Part shown: piece after piece, positions 20,127 through 29,919 of the stretch
Numbering within the stretch: position 1 is the stretch's first letter
Layout of the letters: every line of letters starts with the position of its first letter
From: a virus
DNA: 64,000 bases
Virus record (IMG/VR): IMGVR_UViG_3300034198_017445
Span: 1 to 64,000 of that record
Strand: one strand, 5' to 3'
Notes under the pieces: generated by a model
Databases searched by the model: none
What the model was told of the DNA's origin: nothing
Seen by the model: only the letters and a program-made list of their open reading frames with translations
Made by a program: the position numbers and the translations under genes

Positions 20127-20869
20127 TGCTGTTCTCCGTTGGTTCGGTTGTTCGACCAAACAACGAGGCGGTTGCTTCGATCTCGATCACTCCGGTGTAC
20201 GGTATGGATCGGGTGATGTCGTACTACATTGAGCGTTGGGACGTTACTGGTCGCATCGTCAATTGGCCGATAGCGACTCAGGATGTGACGACGGCTGCTC
20301 TTGCTCGGTTGAAAGCGGATATGCTTCAACAAAACGTCGACGTGAAGTTCTTGGCTGACGATGGGAAGGAGACCGCTTTCAATCTTCGCGCATCGCAATG
20401 CTTGCTTGGTCCGTATGTCACTGAGTATTCATTTCCAAATTCCCAGGAGGAAGTCTACGCGACTGGTCAGTTGTATCGCGTGCTGTACGAAGCAAGGTGC
20501 ATGCCTAGTGGGAACGCTTCGAACCTACTTGAGTTTAGCGAAACGGTTAGCTTGACTCAGGTTGGCGGTCGCCACATGGTGTACGTTGGTGGGTCTGTCA
20601 ATTTGCCGGAACGCCAGACTGGAATCCAAAACAAGACGTGGATGTACTCTCAGTCTGGTAGTGCCGTTGGGTTGACTGCGTATCCGTTTATCCCAAATGC
20701 GATATGGCCATTTGCCCTAACAAATCCAGATGGGGTGTCGCAGTCGCTTGTGAGTCCTGTTGTGGTTGGAAACACTCCGGGGCTGGATACGGAGTTTCGG
20801 ATATCGTGGGAGTACCAATTTGAGTGGGCGTATCCATTGCGTGGGTTGCCTCACAGGAGAACTATTTGA
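20126..20869 (+). CDS. Putative distal tail / baseplate protein
   Basis: Immediately after the tape measure; TAATG coupling. Confidence 0.5.
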   Translation: MLFSVGSVVRPNNEAVASISITPVYGMDRVMSYYIERWDVTGRIVNWPIATQDVTTAALARLKADMLQQNVDVKFLADDGKETAFNLRASQCLLGPYVTEYSFPNSQEEVYATGQLYRVLYEARCMPSGNASNLLEFSETVSLTQVGGRHMVYVGGSVNLPERQTGIQNKTWMYSQSGSAVGLTAYPFIPNAIWPFALTNPDGVSQSLVSPVVVGNTPGLDTEFRISWEYQFEWAYPLRGLPHRRTI

Positions 20870-20870
20870 T

Positions 20871-22112
20871 ATGGCTACTAAGTATTGGGTTGGTCGGGCT
20901 GCTCGCGTCGCGCAAGTTTCCAAGATCGTTTTTTCGTCTGTGACTGTTTCGGCGACGTACACCATCACCATCAACGGAAAGTCCGTATCGGTTGTAGCAG
21001 CCACGACTGTGCTCGCTGATCTTGTTGCTTTGTTTGCGGGGGCTTGGTCGTCGTCTGCGGAGCCTGAGCATCAAGAGGTGACTCTGGCTGGTCGGTTCGA
21101 TCCAACGTTGTCTGGCGTGCAGCTAACGTGCAACACGACGGGAGTGGATTTTACTGTCTCTGCATCGGCGACTTCTGGGTCTGCAACTGTCACCACTCCA
21201 ACGGCAGCATCGGGTCCGAATTTTTGGAACGTTGCGGGTAATTGGAGTGGTTCGACATTGCCATCGGCAGCAGACGATCTTGTGTTGTCAAACAGCGACG
21301 TTTCGATTCTCTACGGGTTGACCGACACGACCAGTTACGCTTCGCTTACAATCGATGCGTCGTACACGGGAACGATCGGTTTGCCATCAAAGAATGAACG
21401 CGGGTATCCTGAGTATCGCACTCAGCACTTGACCCTCGGTTCGGGTTCTGCGATCACTGTGACGATCGGAAATGGAATCGGTTCGTTTTCTCCAATGATC
21501 AAGTTGGATTTTGGGGCGTCGAATGTTACTTACACACAGGTTGGGAGTTCTTCGTCTGCTTTCGGAACGTCTTCATCGGCGATTGAACTTCGCACGTCAT
21601 CGTCTGCGAGCACGTATCGTGTCTACGGTGGTTCGCTATCTGTTGTCTCTGGCAGCACCGCGACCATCACGACTCTTGATGTCATTCGTCGCGATCAATC
21701 CAATATTCCTAACGTAGTTACGTCAAATGCGATCACAATCACGACAGCCACGGTCATCGGCGGAAATGTCAAGATCTCGGGACCATGCACGACGCTTGTC
21801 GCGCGTGACGGGTCGGAGGTTACTACGGCGCAGGCTTCCGCAGCGGCGACGGTACGTGTCGGTTCCAGAGCAAGGATCGGATGGGAATCGTCCGGAGGAA
21901 TCACGACGAAACTGTTCGTAGAGGCTTTCGGGATAATCGATTTTGGTCGCGTTGCAACTTCGAAGACAATAGCTGCTTGTGATCTGTATGCCAGCGGTGC
22001 GATCTTGGATCCTTTGAACATCGCGACGTTCACTAATGGCATTGTTTTGCAAGCGTGCCGGTTGGCTGATGTTACTTTGGATGTTGGTATCGGAGTGACC
22101 ATCAATGCCTGA
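20871..22112 (+). CDS. Tail/baseplate structural protein (beta-helix-like)
   Basis: S/T/G-rich; GPNFWNVAGNWSG motif; AGGAG RBS. Confidence 0.55.
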   Translation: MATKYWVGRAARVAQVSKIVFSSVTVSATYTITINGKSVSVVAATTVLADLVALFAGAWSSSAEPEHQEVTLAGRFDPTLSGVQLTCNTTGVDFTVSASATSGSATVTTPTAASGPNFWNVAGNWSGSTLPSAADDLVLSNSDVSILYGLTDTTSYASLTIDASYTGTIGLPSKNERGYPEYRTQHLTLGSGSAITVTIGNGIGSFSPMIKLDFGASNVTYTQVGSSSSAFGTSSSAIELRTSSSASTYRVYGGSLSVVSGSTATITTLDVIRRDQSNIPNVVTSNAITITTATVIGGNVKISGPCTTLVARDGSEVTTAQASAAATVRVGSRARIGWESSGGITTKLFVEAFGIIDFGRVATSKTIAACDLYASGAILDPLNIATFTNGIVLQACRLADVTLDVGIGVTINA

Positions 22113-23904
22113 TCCACAGGGAAGGCTGCGGTACGCTGGTGTTTGGTGCGATGGCGCGTTTTCTGTTCCGCGTACCCCATCGTGCAATCCAGACACGATC
22201 GTCGCCGACTTCAATCTGTCAAAGAATTTGCCTCAGGTTGGAGACATTGAAGTCTGGTACGGAAGTTCGTTCATCACGCTTCCGCGTTGTCGCTTGATCC
22301 GTCAGGAGGTTCAGACTTCGGATAGCGGTCGGATGTGGCGTTGCATTTTTCAGGATCGAAGGTGGGTATGGAACTACGCTTCGTCGATGGGAAACTTTTG
22401 CTATGCCAGCGGATTAAGTGATAACAACGGGTTCAAGCTAATATTTAATCAAGTTGAGATGATTGAGCTTTTGATTCGCTTGTTTGCTCAGCTTGGTGAT
22501 GTGCCAAATTTCAACATTGGCACTCGCATCAATGGTGCGTTCACAAACCCAACGGTTCACATGAACCTTGCGCCTGCAAGCGTTGCGCTGGCTACGCTGC
22601 TTGACAGCATCAGTGCTGTCGCTTGCCTGAATTGGAACAACTCAATCAGTGTTTTCACGACGAATACTGGCGATCCTCCACCGAACGACTCGCGTGTTTG
22701 CGAGTATGCGATATCGTCCGTTCCTCCTACCATTCCGGAGTTCTTGGCGATGTTTTCGGAGCCAACGGAATTCCTGACTGACATCCCGCTTTCGGCGGTT
22801 GGCTTTGATGTGACCAGCGCAGGGGCTCCTGACTACAACAATCCTAAGCCAATCGATCAACTGTCGTATTCACCTACCAGTGCTGGCAAGCCATGGGATC
22901 CACCGCACTTTAACAACGTTGATCCAACGTACCGTCAATTGGCTGTCGAGACCATCTTTCGGTTTTATCAAGTGCGGTATCGCAGGTCGAAGCTGCAGGT
23001 CGCCGTTCCGAACGTGCAGGCTGGATTGAAGCCTGGAAAGAAAGTATGGGAGTGGTTCAATCCAGACGACTTCGTTATTGGTGACTCCGACGACGAGTAC
23101 TCTCGGCTGTTGTATCCTGATGTCAAAGGCAAAGAGCCGATCCCAGAGATCTGGGGATTCTATTGCACGGGTGGGTACTCAAAAAACAACAATCTGACCC
23201 CACCGCCAGCAGCGATTGCTACCGACCAGATGAATCCCGCCTACACGTCACCCTATACGGCTGCGGGGGTGAACGCTCAGTATCCGTTGCTGGCTTACAC
23301 GGGAAAGTATCGGTTTGATCGAGCAGCCAATATGGTGATTTTCCAGAAGCCTGTTTACTACAACAACTCGAACCCTGTCACGCTTGGTGGTTTTGGTCCT
23401 ATCATTCCTGCGTTCTTAGTCATGCGCGCGTGGCATCATTTGAGGCGAAAGTATGACCGAGAAACAATGCGTCAGTTTTCGTTTATCCCTACGGGATCTC
23501 CGTTCGCAATTCCTGGGCTTGTGCAGCCAAGCCCGATGAATTCTCCGTTCTTTGTCTCTCCAAGAGTTTTGGAGTGCACCAAGTGGCCTAACTGGACGGC
23601 GTTGGTTGAGCAGCGTGCTCGTGATGTGTTCCAGCAATTTGCGATTAACAAATCGGCAACGGTTCAGTACAAAGGCTTTGCTTTCGACATCAACGTCAAC
23701 GGGTGCATCAAGGGTGTCCGGTTTGATTGTGGTCCTGCGGGGCATTGCACAACTACGGTTGCGTGGAACGAGGCGCAGGGTATTTTCTTCGACGACCATC
23801 GCTTGAAAGAAATCGAAGCATCGATGAAATTCACGGCGACTCAGATGCTGAGAGTTTTGAAGAAAAGCGGGTTGTATGATCTTTCAAATTCGGTGCAGCC
23901 ATGA
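22105..23904 (+). CDS. Putative baseplate hub / tail tip protein
   Basis: 599 aa; QDRRWVW motif; synteny. Confidence 0.5.
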   Translation: MPDPQGRLRYAGVWCDGAFSVPRTPSCNPDTIVADFNLSKNLPQVGDIEVWYGSSFITLPRCRLIRQEVQTSDSGRMWRCIFQDRRWVWNYASSMGNFCYASGLSDNNGFKLIFNQVEMIELLIRLFAQLGDVPNFNIGTRINGAFTNPTVHMNLAPASVALATLLDSISAVACLNWNNSISVFTTNTGDPPPNDSRVCEYAISSVPPTIPEFLAMFSEPTEFLTDIPLSAVGFDVTSAGAPDYNNPKPIDQLSYSPTSAGKPWDPPHFNNVDPTYRQLAVETIFRFYQVRYRRSKLQVAVPNVQAGLKPGKKVWEWFNPDDFVIGDSDDEYSRLLYPDVKGKEPIPEIWGFYCTGGYSKNNNLTPPPAAIATDQMNPAYTSPYTAAGVNAQYPLLAYTGKYRFDRAANMVIFQKPVYYNNSNPVTLGGFGPIIPAFLVMRAWHHLRRKYDRETMRQFSFIPTGSPFAIPGLVQPSPMNSPFFVSPRVLECTKWPNWTALVEQRARDVFQQFAINKSATVQYKGFAFDINVNGCIKGVRFDCGPAGHCTTTVAWNEAQGIFFDDHRLKEIEASMKFTATQMLRVLKKSGLYDLSNSVQP

Positions 23905-24449
23905 CGCTAGTTGAGCAGGTTCGTGAGTACGGTTTTGAAAACACGACGGGCGAGGAGATTCCTCCGTTTGCGTGCTTGGCTGTAACCAGTTCAACGACCG
24001 AGAACGGCTTCGTTCGATACGTCATTCGGAAGCCAAACTACGAGGACGAGCAAGCGCAGAATCCAGGAAGGCTTGTGTTCAACTCTGGGGCTGTTTGTCC
24101 GGTTGACGCGTGGGGTTCGTGTTCGTCTGACTTTCCGGCGATCGCTCTTGTGAACGAAGCGACCGAAGTGACCGAGGGTCAAATCATGGGACCGGTTGAG
24201 AACCAATGGTATCTTGGTCCCTACGGCAACGCTTTTGTGCTAAAGGCGAAAGAGATCAGTCGTGATGCGGTTGCAACCGATATCTATCCATGGCTGGTTG
24301 AGCCGTATGTCGCCGAGGTTGAGATTGTTCGCGTGACATCGGCTACTCCTACGGCTGGTTACTATTCTGGTGTCGTGGAGCGATTCGACAAGGCGACGCT
24401 CACTTGGATTGCTGTTCGAGACTGCAAGGTGAGGGATACGAACGCATGA
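23901..24449 (+). CDS. Tail tip hypothetical protein
   Basis: ATGA coupling in the tail operon. Confidence 0.5.
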   Translation: MTLVEQVREYGFENTTGEEIPPFACLAVTSSTTENGFVRYVIRKPNYEDEQAQNPGRLVFNSGAVCPVDAWGSCSSDFPAIALVNEATEVTEGQIMGPVENQWYLGPYGNAFVLKAKEISRDAVATDIYPWLVEPYVAEVEIVRVTSATPTAGYYSGVVERFDKATLTWIAVRDCKVRDTNA

Positions 24450-26011
24450 CGATCCAAACACGGAGGTACGTCAGTGAGTTCATCGGTGTCGATGGCGCTC
24501 CGATCTACTCGGCTGAATGTCGCAATACGGTCACGATGGAAGACAATCGCTTCGTTGCTAAGTTCCTTGGTGTCGATGGTGGTGAGCCAATCTTTGGTGT
24601 TGCGCGGTGCGACTTCCCTTCCCTCGGGCGATATCCGATGCGGTTTGTTGGCGTTGACGGCGCTCCGGTTTACTCGATTGGTTGTTGCGTTCCGAGCTGC
24701 TACGAAATTTCGCCATTGGAGCGACCGGTCATAAGCAAGTCAGGATGGACGGCAAGTCCCTGGGGAACGAACCCATGTTGTCCGTGCATGGAGCTAGTGC
24801 CAGATACTCCGTTCGATCCGACTTACTGTTGCACTGACTACTTTTTAGACAAAACTTTGACCGGCGTTTCTGTCATGTCAGAGCGAGCGTATCGAACACA
24901 AAAGCCGAAGCATTTCCCTACCACTGGTGGCGTTACTCTATCGGAAGAACACTGCTGCGACGGCGCTCCGTTTGAGGTCGCTTCGACAACGCGAACGACC
25001 ACTCAACGAATCAGGTACAAGCTGCTTACTGAGTTCCAGCTTATTAAGATTGTGATTTGCATCTCAAAGAATTTAGTGACGTGCGGAAGCGATGCGCCTG
25101 CCATGAAATGGATCGTCAGTTCGCGATTTGTTTTTTCGTATCGGTCGTGGGCTACGATCGCTTTGAATGCTGACGTTGTTCACGTCAGGACTGTAACTCC
25201 TGGGACGTGTTTCACTCTCGGCGCTGCGGATGTTGACTGCTCTGCATCCACTACTGCTCCGTGCCATCCTGATGATTTCGATGACAACGTAAATTCTCCG
25301 ACTATCGGATTTGGGAACCAGCCAAATTTTATTTATCTGGGTGGTGGTTCGGATTCGTTTGAGCGGGTCAAGTTTTACGAAACGCTTCCAACGGAGACCA
25401 CTGTCAATTTCACCAATGCTGACGTTGGCGATGATTGCGAGTGGGATCGTTGCGGTCAGGCTGGGATTCTTGGAGATAGTTTTTGCGTCGACGTGACTTC
25501 AGTTCCTTCCGGAATACCAACGTGCTATTGCGAAAAGTCGTACACGTCGCCGACGACTACCTACACCGGGAATATCGTTTCGTCGTGTTGTGGGATTTGC
25601 TCAATAATCGTCGGATTGAATTACCCGTACACCGAAGTTACTAGGTGCGATGACCCAGAGTTTTTCTACTTGGATTGTATCGCAGGTTGTCAGTTCGATC
25701 CGTGCCCGACTTCAACGTATTCGTACTCTACTGTGACGGCTGATTCGCCGACTGCATGGGATCCATGCTTCCCAAACTGGAGAGACGAGTTTCCTGATTG
25801 CGTTGGGAATTCGTGGGGGTACATGCGAGCAAAGACATGCGCTGAGGATGCATCTTGCTTCTGGCCAGATTCGTGCGGTAGTTCGTGTGGATATCCCAAG
25901 TACGCTGGATTGGTTGCTATCTATCCGAGCCTTGTAACTACGGCTGAGTGTGATTTTTCTTCGCGCAGTTGTTGCCTGTCAGCACCTAGCTGGAACGTTT
26001 ACTTTGAGTGA
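24446..26011 (+). CDS. Cysteine-rich tail-tip / receptor-binding protein candidate
   Basis: About 38 Cys in 521 aa; three N-terminal R(Y/F)xxxF(I/L/V)GVDGxP repeats; last large gene of the tail module. Confidence 0.55.
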   Translation: MTIQTRRYVSEFIGVDGAPIYSAECRNTVTMEDNRFVAKFLGVDGGEPIFGVARCDFPSLGRYPMRFVGVDGAPVYSIGCCVPSCYEISPLERPVISKSGWTASPWGTNPCCPCMELVPDTPFDPTYCCTDYFLDKTLTGVSVMSERAYRTQKPKHFPTTGGVTLSEEHCCDGAPFEVASTTRTTTQRIRYKLLTEFQLIKIVICISKNLVTCGSDAPAMKWIVSSRFVFSYRSWATIALNADVVHVRTVTPGTCFTLGAADVDCSASTTAPCHPDDFDDNVNSPTIGFGNQPNFIYLGGGSDSFERVKFYETLPTETTVNFTNADVGDDCEWDRCGQAGILGDSFCVDVTSVPSGIPTCYCEKSYTSPTTTYTGNIVSSCCGICSIIVGLNYPYTEVTRCDDPEFFYLDCIAGCQFDPCPTSTYSYSTVTADSPTAWDPCFPNWRDEFPDCVGNSWGYMRAKTCAEDASCFWPDSCGSSCGYPKYAGLVAIYPSLVTTAECDFSSRSCCLSAPSWNVYFE

Positions 26012-26014
26012 TGC

Positions 26015-26437
26015 ATGAGAGTCGAACTGGGTTCTGGGGTCATTCCAAAAAAAGGCATCACGGTTATCAATCCGCCTGCATCTAGCGACGCGGTTGCTGC
26101 TCCCTTGGTTGGTCAAGCTCCTGGACGCATCGACCAAGCGGAGATGATCCGTCGCGCTGGGCGTCTTGCGTGGCAGTTTCTCCACGAGTACGTTGGCTGC
26201 GATCCTCAATGGTTCAAACTTTGGACGATTCTTATCCCTCGGGGCTGCGAGTGCGAGGAAGCGTTTGCAAAGATCGTAGTTGACTTTCCTCCTGACTTCT
26301 CATCCGACGATGCGTTCTGGGTCTGGGGTGTTATGGTTCATAACTTGGTCAATGAAAAGCTGATCAAGAAGGGCGACACTACGAAGCGGATCATTCCTAT
26401 CGACGAGGCTCGCTTTATTTGGAACCGTGCGGCTTAG
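26015..26437 (+). CDS. Erv1/Alr-like sulfhydryl oxidase
   Basis: GRLAWQFLH...IPRGCEC...F...PPDFSS...FWVWGVMVHNLVNEKL matches the Erv/Alr W-x-x-LH and HN-x-VN-x-KL signatures. Confidence 0.75.
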   Translation: MRVELGSGVIPKKGITVINPPASSDAVAAPLVGQAPGRIDQAEMIRRAGRLAWQFLHEYVGCDPQWFKLWTILIPRGCECEEAFAKIVVDFPPDFSSDDAFWVWGVMVHNLVNEKLIKKGDTTKRIIPIDEARFIWNRAA

Positions 26438-26442
26438 GTCTA

Positions 26443-26465
26443 TGTGCGCATCTCTGCGATAGGTT
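26443..26465 (+). promoter_or_regulatory. Putative late promoter TGTGCGCA-N9-TAGGTT
   Basis: Copy of the four-site motif, upstream of the membrane/lysis genes. Confidence 0.55.
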
Positions 26466-26482
26466 TTCACCATGGAGGTGAC

Positions 26483-26848
26483 ATGGATTTTCTACTTCTG
26501 TCCGATGAATTCGCTGTAAGATTGCAAGCTGGGGCTTTTGGTTCCTTGCTGGCTGTCGTTTCCGAGACTCGCGATCACTCAGTTCCTGCGACACGCAGGT
26601 GGCTTGGTGGGTGGATATTCGCTATCTTTGGGGCTCCAATCGGTTCTGCTCTGATGTTGTCTTTGCTTGGACCTATCGGCATGGTTGGGAATGCTACCAA
26701 GCGTGACGCGGAGTTGATCACGGCGTTCTTTTGCGGCATCGTCGGATGGAAAATCGTTCACGCGATTAACTTAAGAGCAAATTCATTTCGCTTTGGTCGT
26801 GACAAAAAAACAAAAGGCAACGACGAGAATCATGATCAGCGAAGCTAA
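26483..26848 (+). CDS. Holin-like membrane protein
   Basis: GGAGG RBS; 2-3 TM segments; basic C-terminus. Confidence 0.55.
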   Translation: MDFLLLSDEFAVRLQAGAFGSLLAVVSETRDHSVPATRRWLGGWIFAIFGAPIGSALMLSLLGPIGMVGNATKRDAELITAFFCGIVGWKIVHAINLRANSFRFGRDKKTKGNDENHDQRS

Positions 26849-27164
26849 CATCCCGGATTTTGTGGGCGTTTTAAGTCGGTTTGTGCTTATTGGTTTTTGC
26901 GCTGGGGTTTGCTTGCGGCGAGTCGTGCTGGGATGTGTGATTAGACCGTCGTGGCTTTGTAAGGTAGAATCCATCGTTCTTTTGCTGTCGATCGTGACGG
27001 CTGGGGCTGGTATTTTTTATCCTTCCGTCGCTAGTTTTTTTGCCATTTTGCTGACGATGACAATGTTTTTTGTTGATCGTTCTGTGGCGATGTGGAAGAA
27101 AACGCACCGCGTTAATCCAGTATGGAGTTCGACCAAATTTCGCGAGGTTCAAAGTGACCACTGA
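26832..27164 (+). CDS. Small membrane protein (lysis module)
   Basis: Three hydrophobic segments. Confidence 0.5.
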   Translation: MISEANIPDFVGVLSRFVLIGFCAGVCLRRVVLGCVIRPSWLCKVESIVLLLSIVTAGAGIFYPSVASFFAILLTMTMFFVDRSVAMWKKTHRVNPVWSSTKFREVQSDH

Positions 27165-27762
27165 CAATGCTGCTGACCTTGATCAAAATCCGTCCGAGGT
27201 TGATCCTGCTCCCGTCAAGCCAAAGCCACGGAAAAAAAGAAAGCCCCACAGAAAACCAAAGGCACCGACCGTTTCAGACCCTCAGTCGTGGTTTTCTCTT
27301 AAGTCGTGGTCGTCGTCGATCGACTGGTATTTGGTTGGCTTGCTGTTTCTTGGTGCCATCACTCTTGCGCCCTACATAGTGAAGTTTACGCAGTTTGTTG
27401 TCCCTGCTGTAATTGTTCCTGTAGCTAATTTTGACGCTTCGGCTGCAAAGGTTCCGGAGTGGCTCGGGCTCGTTGGAACCGAAAAAAACACGGGTGCTCC
27501 TGCATTCGCTGAGTCGCTTAGAACGATTGCGGCTGGATGCAAGTCTGGGGCGATCACAAGTTCGGACGTGCTTTGGGACAAGCTGCACGAGGAGTTCGCT
27601 GCAAAGACCGATGAGGTTGCGTGGGCTGACTGGTCGCTGTTTGCTCGGGAGATTTTCAGCGAGGCGAAGGCGTTGAAGCAGGCAGGTAAAATCACTACGA
27701 TCAACCGCGATGTTGCGGCATATTTCGAGGCAATTGCGAAAGCACTAGACGAGGTAAAGTGA
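27154..27762 (+). CDS. Membrane-anchored protein (lysis module)
   Basis: GTG start after GAGG; basic stretch, one TM segment, helical C-terminal domain. Confidence 0.5.
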   Translation: MTTDNAADLDQNPSEVDPAPVKPKPRKKRKPHRKPKAPTVSDPQSWFSLKSWSSSIDWYLVGLLFLGAITLAPYIVKFTQFVVPAVIVPVANFDASAAKVPEWLGLVGTEKNTGAPAFAESLRTIAAGCKSGAITSSDVLWDKLHEEFAAKTDEVAWADWSLFAREIFSEAKALKQAGKITTINRDVAAYFEAIAKALDEVK

Positions 27763-29909
27763 TGCCAGTTAAGACTCAGATTTGGGATCGGTATCTTCAT
27801 GGCGATCTTGATCAGGCTGCTTTCCACGATCGCGATCACCAAAAGAAGTTTGCGGCTGAAAGCCCTACTCCGATGTACGCGATGGCTGCGCCAAACGTCA
27901 TGGCAAGGGAGCCAGCCAAGGACGTATTTCTTGGTCGCTATATGGTCATGGGAATGCGTACTCTCTACGGTCAAAACTACAAGTATCTCCCTCAGTACCA
28001 AGAATCAGGGACGTGTTTCTTGGCAGGCACTCTTGTGCTGATGGCTGACGGGACTGAAAAGCCAATTGATCAGGTGGTTCCTGGTGATTTTGTTCGTTCT
28101 CACGATGGGTCCATCCAGCAGGTGATTGATGTCGGTTCGCGTCAATTCACAGGGAATCTGCACAGTTTGAGAATGTCCGGTGCTTCGAGACCGCTTGTAA
28201 CAACTGCTGAGCATCCGGTTTTGGGGTATTTGCGACACAGAACATCGAACGCTTCGCATCGCGCACGGGACTGGCATCCGGCTTCATCTCTTGGGGCTGG
28301 GGATCGTGTTTTCGTTCCGTCTGGTTTTGATGGTGGTCGATCTATTTTTGATGCGTCGGTTCTTGCGATGGAAAAGGTCGTTAGGGTCTACAAGGAAGAA
28401 ACCGTCACTGAGGATCGAGTACGTCCAAAGCAATCGAGCAAGTCTTGCAAGCGGTTCATCCCATTGAACGCTGATGTTGGTTTTTTGGTTGGGTTGTATG
28501 CTGCGGAAGGAAGTGTGGAAAAAGGCGCACGAACTACTTTTACAATGCATCGTGACGAAGTTGAAGTCTTAAATCGATGCAGTGTTTTTCTTAAAGATTT
28601 GTTCGGCACTTCCGGTACGGTTGGCGTATCCAAAAACCTATCCAGGCTTCGTGTTTCCTCGGTTGCACTGGCTCGTCTTCTGTCGATGTTTGTTCCTGGT
28701 AAGGCGATAACCAAGTCGTTTTCTGTTGACGTTTTTACTGCTTGTCGCGAGTTTCGCGAGGGTGTTTTGCGAGGATGGTTTGAGGGTGATGGTCATCTTT
28801 CGAAAAGGCGGCGAATTGGAGTAGGCGTGACCAGTTCGTTGCAATTGGCAATGGATATTGAAAGATTGTCGCTTTCCATTGGTGCGCGATGCAGTGTTTT
28901 TCCAAGAGAGCAGCAAGATCACCAGAACGCGGCTGCGAACGATATTGCCTACTCTGGTTCTTCGCTTGGTCTTGTGTCTGGCGTAGCCACTGAGAAGTCA
29001 ACGCGGCCAAAGAATCACGTTGAGGTTGAAGGGGGATTTGCTGTCAACATCGCTTCAAATACTGCTATCTGGGTTGAAAATGTTCAGGTTTGGAACCTTG
29101 AAGTAGAAAACACCCATAGCTATATCGTTGCGGATGTGGCTGTTCATAACTGCGTCGGGCAGTCTCACTCAAGCGGTGCGACTTGCGTTATGGCTGTTTC
29201 TTCGCTGCTCTCGGGGCTCAAGTTTCCCGGTCGCGCGGCGGTTGCTCCGATCTACGGTGGTTCTCGCGTTGAGGTCGGGAAGCAAGTAGGCAGGTGGGAC
29301 GGTTCGACCGGATCCTGGGCTGCGGATTGGCTTTCGGTCAAGGGTGGCGTTGTCACGCTGCTTGAGATGGGGCTGGACGACAATCCCAAAACCGAGAAAG
29401 AGTGGCTTGCCACAATGCAACGGGACGAGCGTTCTGCGGTCGCCTGGGCTGCTTCTCGCGACGGTGTTCCTGCAAACTATGAGCAAATGTCCAAACTCAA
29501 ACCTATCAGGTCTGCTCCGTTGGTTTCCACGGTTGAGGAGGTTCGGGCTTCGATCGGAAACCTAACACCAGTCAATATTTGCGGACAGGTCCATCCGTCG
29601 CAAAGCCTGACCGACAAAGGGGTGTCAAAATCCATCAGTCGTGGTGGTGGTCACTCTACGCTCTTGATCGGTCAGTATTTCGACGGTACAAACTGGTGGT
29701 ATGATCATCTCCAATCGTGGTGGTGGTATTACCAGGGAGGGTTCTGTCGACCGATTAATGCGATCGACAAGCAGTTCGCTCGTTGCGTGACTCGGATCCC
29801 TGAGTCGTGGCTAAAGAGTTGGCTCGTTGAACGAGACTGTTATGCTCTCGTTGGAGTTCAGGGTCTTGAGCCGGTGGAAAAGTCGTTTATGAAAATCATG
29901 CACTCTTAG
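27759..29909 (+). CDS. Papain-like (C1-type) cysteine peptidase, intein-containing; candidate lysin
   Basis: Splicing gives QESGT|CVG (oxyanion Gln and catalytic Cys); GGGHSTLLIG (His); HLQSWW (NSW-like). Confidence 0.75.
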   Translation: MMPVKTQIWDRYLHGDLDQAAFHDRDHQKKFAAESPTPMYAMAAPNVMAREPAKDVFLGRYMVMGMRTLYGQNYKYLPQYQESGTCFLAGTLVLMADGTEKPIDQVVPGDFVRSHDGSIQQVIDVGSRQFTGNLHSLRMSGASRPLVTTAEHPVLGYLRHRTSNASHRARDWHPASSLGAGDRVFVPSGFDGGRSIFDASVLAMEKVVRVYKEETVTEDRVRPKQSSKSCKRFIPLNADVGFLVGLYAAEGSVEKGARTTFTMHRDEVEVLNRCSVFLKDLFGTSGTVGVSKNLSRLRVSSVALARLLSMFVPGKAITKSFSVDVFTACREFREGVLRGWFEGDGHLSKRRRIGVGVTSSLQLAMDIERLSLSIGARCSVFPREQQDHQNAAANDIAYSGSSLGLVSGVATEKSTRPKNHVEVEGGFAVNIASNTAIWVENVQVWNLEVENTHSYIVADVAVHNCVGQSHSSGATCVMAVSSLLSGLKFPGRAAVAPIYGGSRVEVGKQVGRWDGSTGSWAADWLSVKGGVVTLLEMGLDDNPKTEKEWLATMQRDERSAVAWAASRDGVPANYEQMSKLKPIRSAPLVSTVEEVRASIGNLTPVNICGQVHPSQSLTDKGVSKSISRGGGHSTLLIGQYFDGTNWWYDHLQSWWWYYQGGFCRPINAIDKQFARCVTRIPESWLKSWLVERDCYALVGVQGLEPVEKSFMKIMHS
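28014..29150 (+). mobile_element. Intein with LAGLIDADG homing endonuclease (379 aa)
   Basis: Block A CFLAGTLVLMADG; block B TTAEHPV; LVGLYAAEGS and VLRGWFEGDG motifs; ends VWNLEVENTHSYIVADVAVHN followed by Cys. Confidence 0.93.
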
Positions 29910-29919
29910 GAGAGACGCG

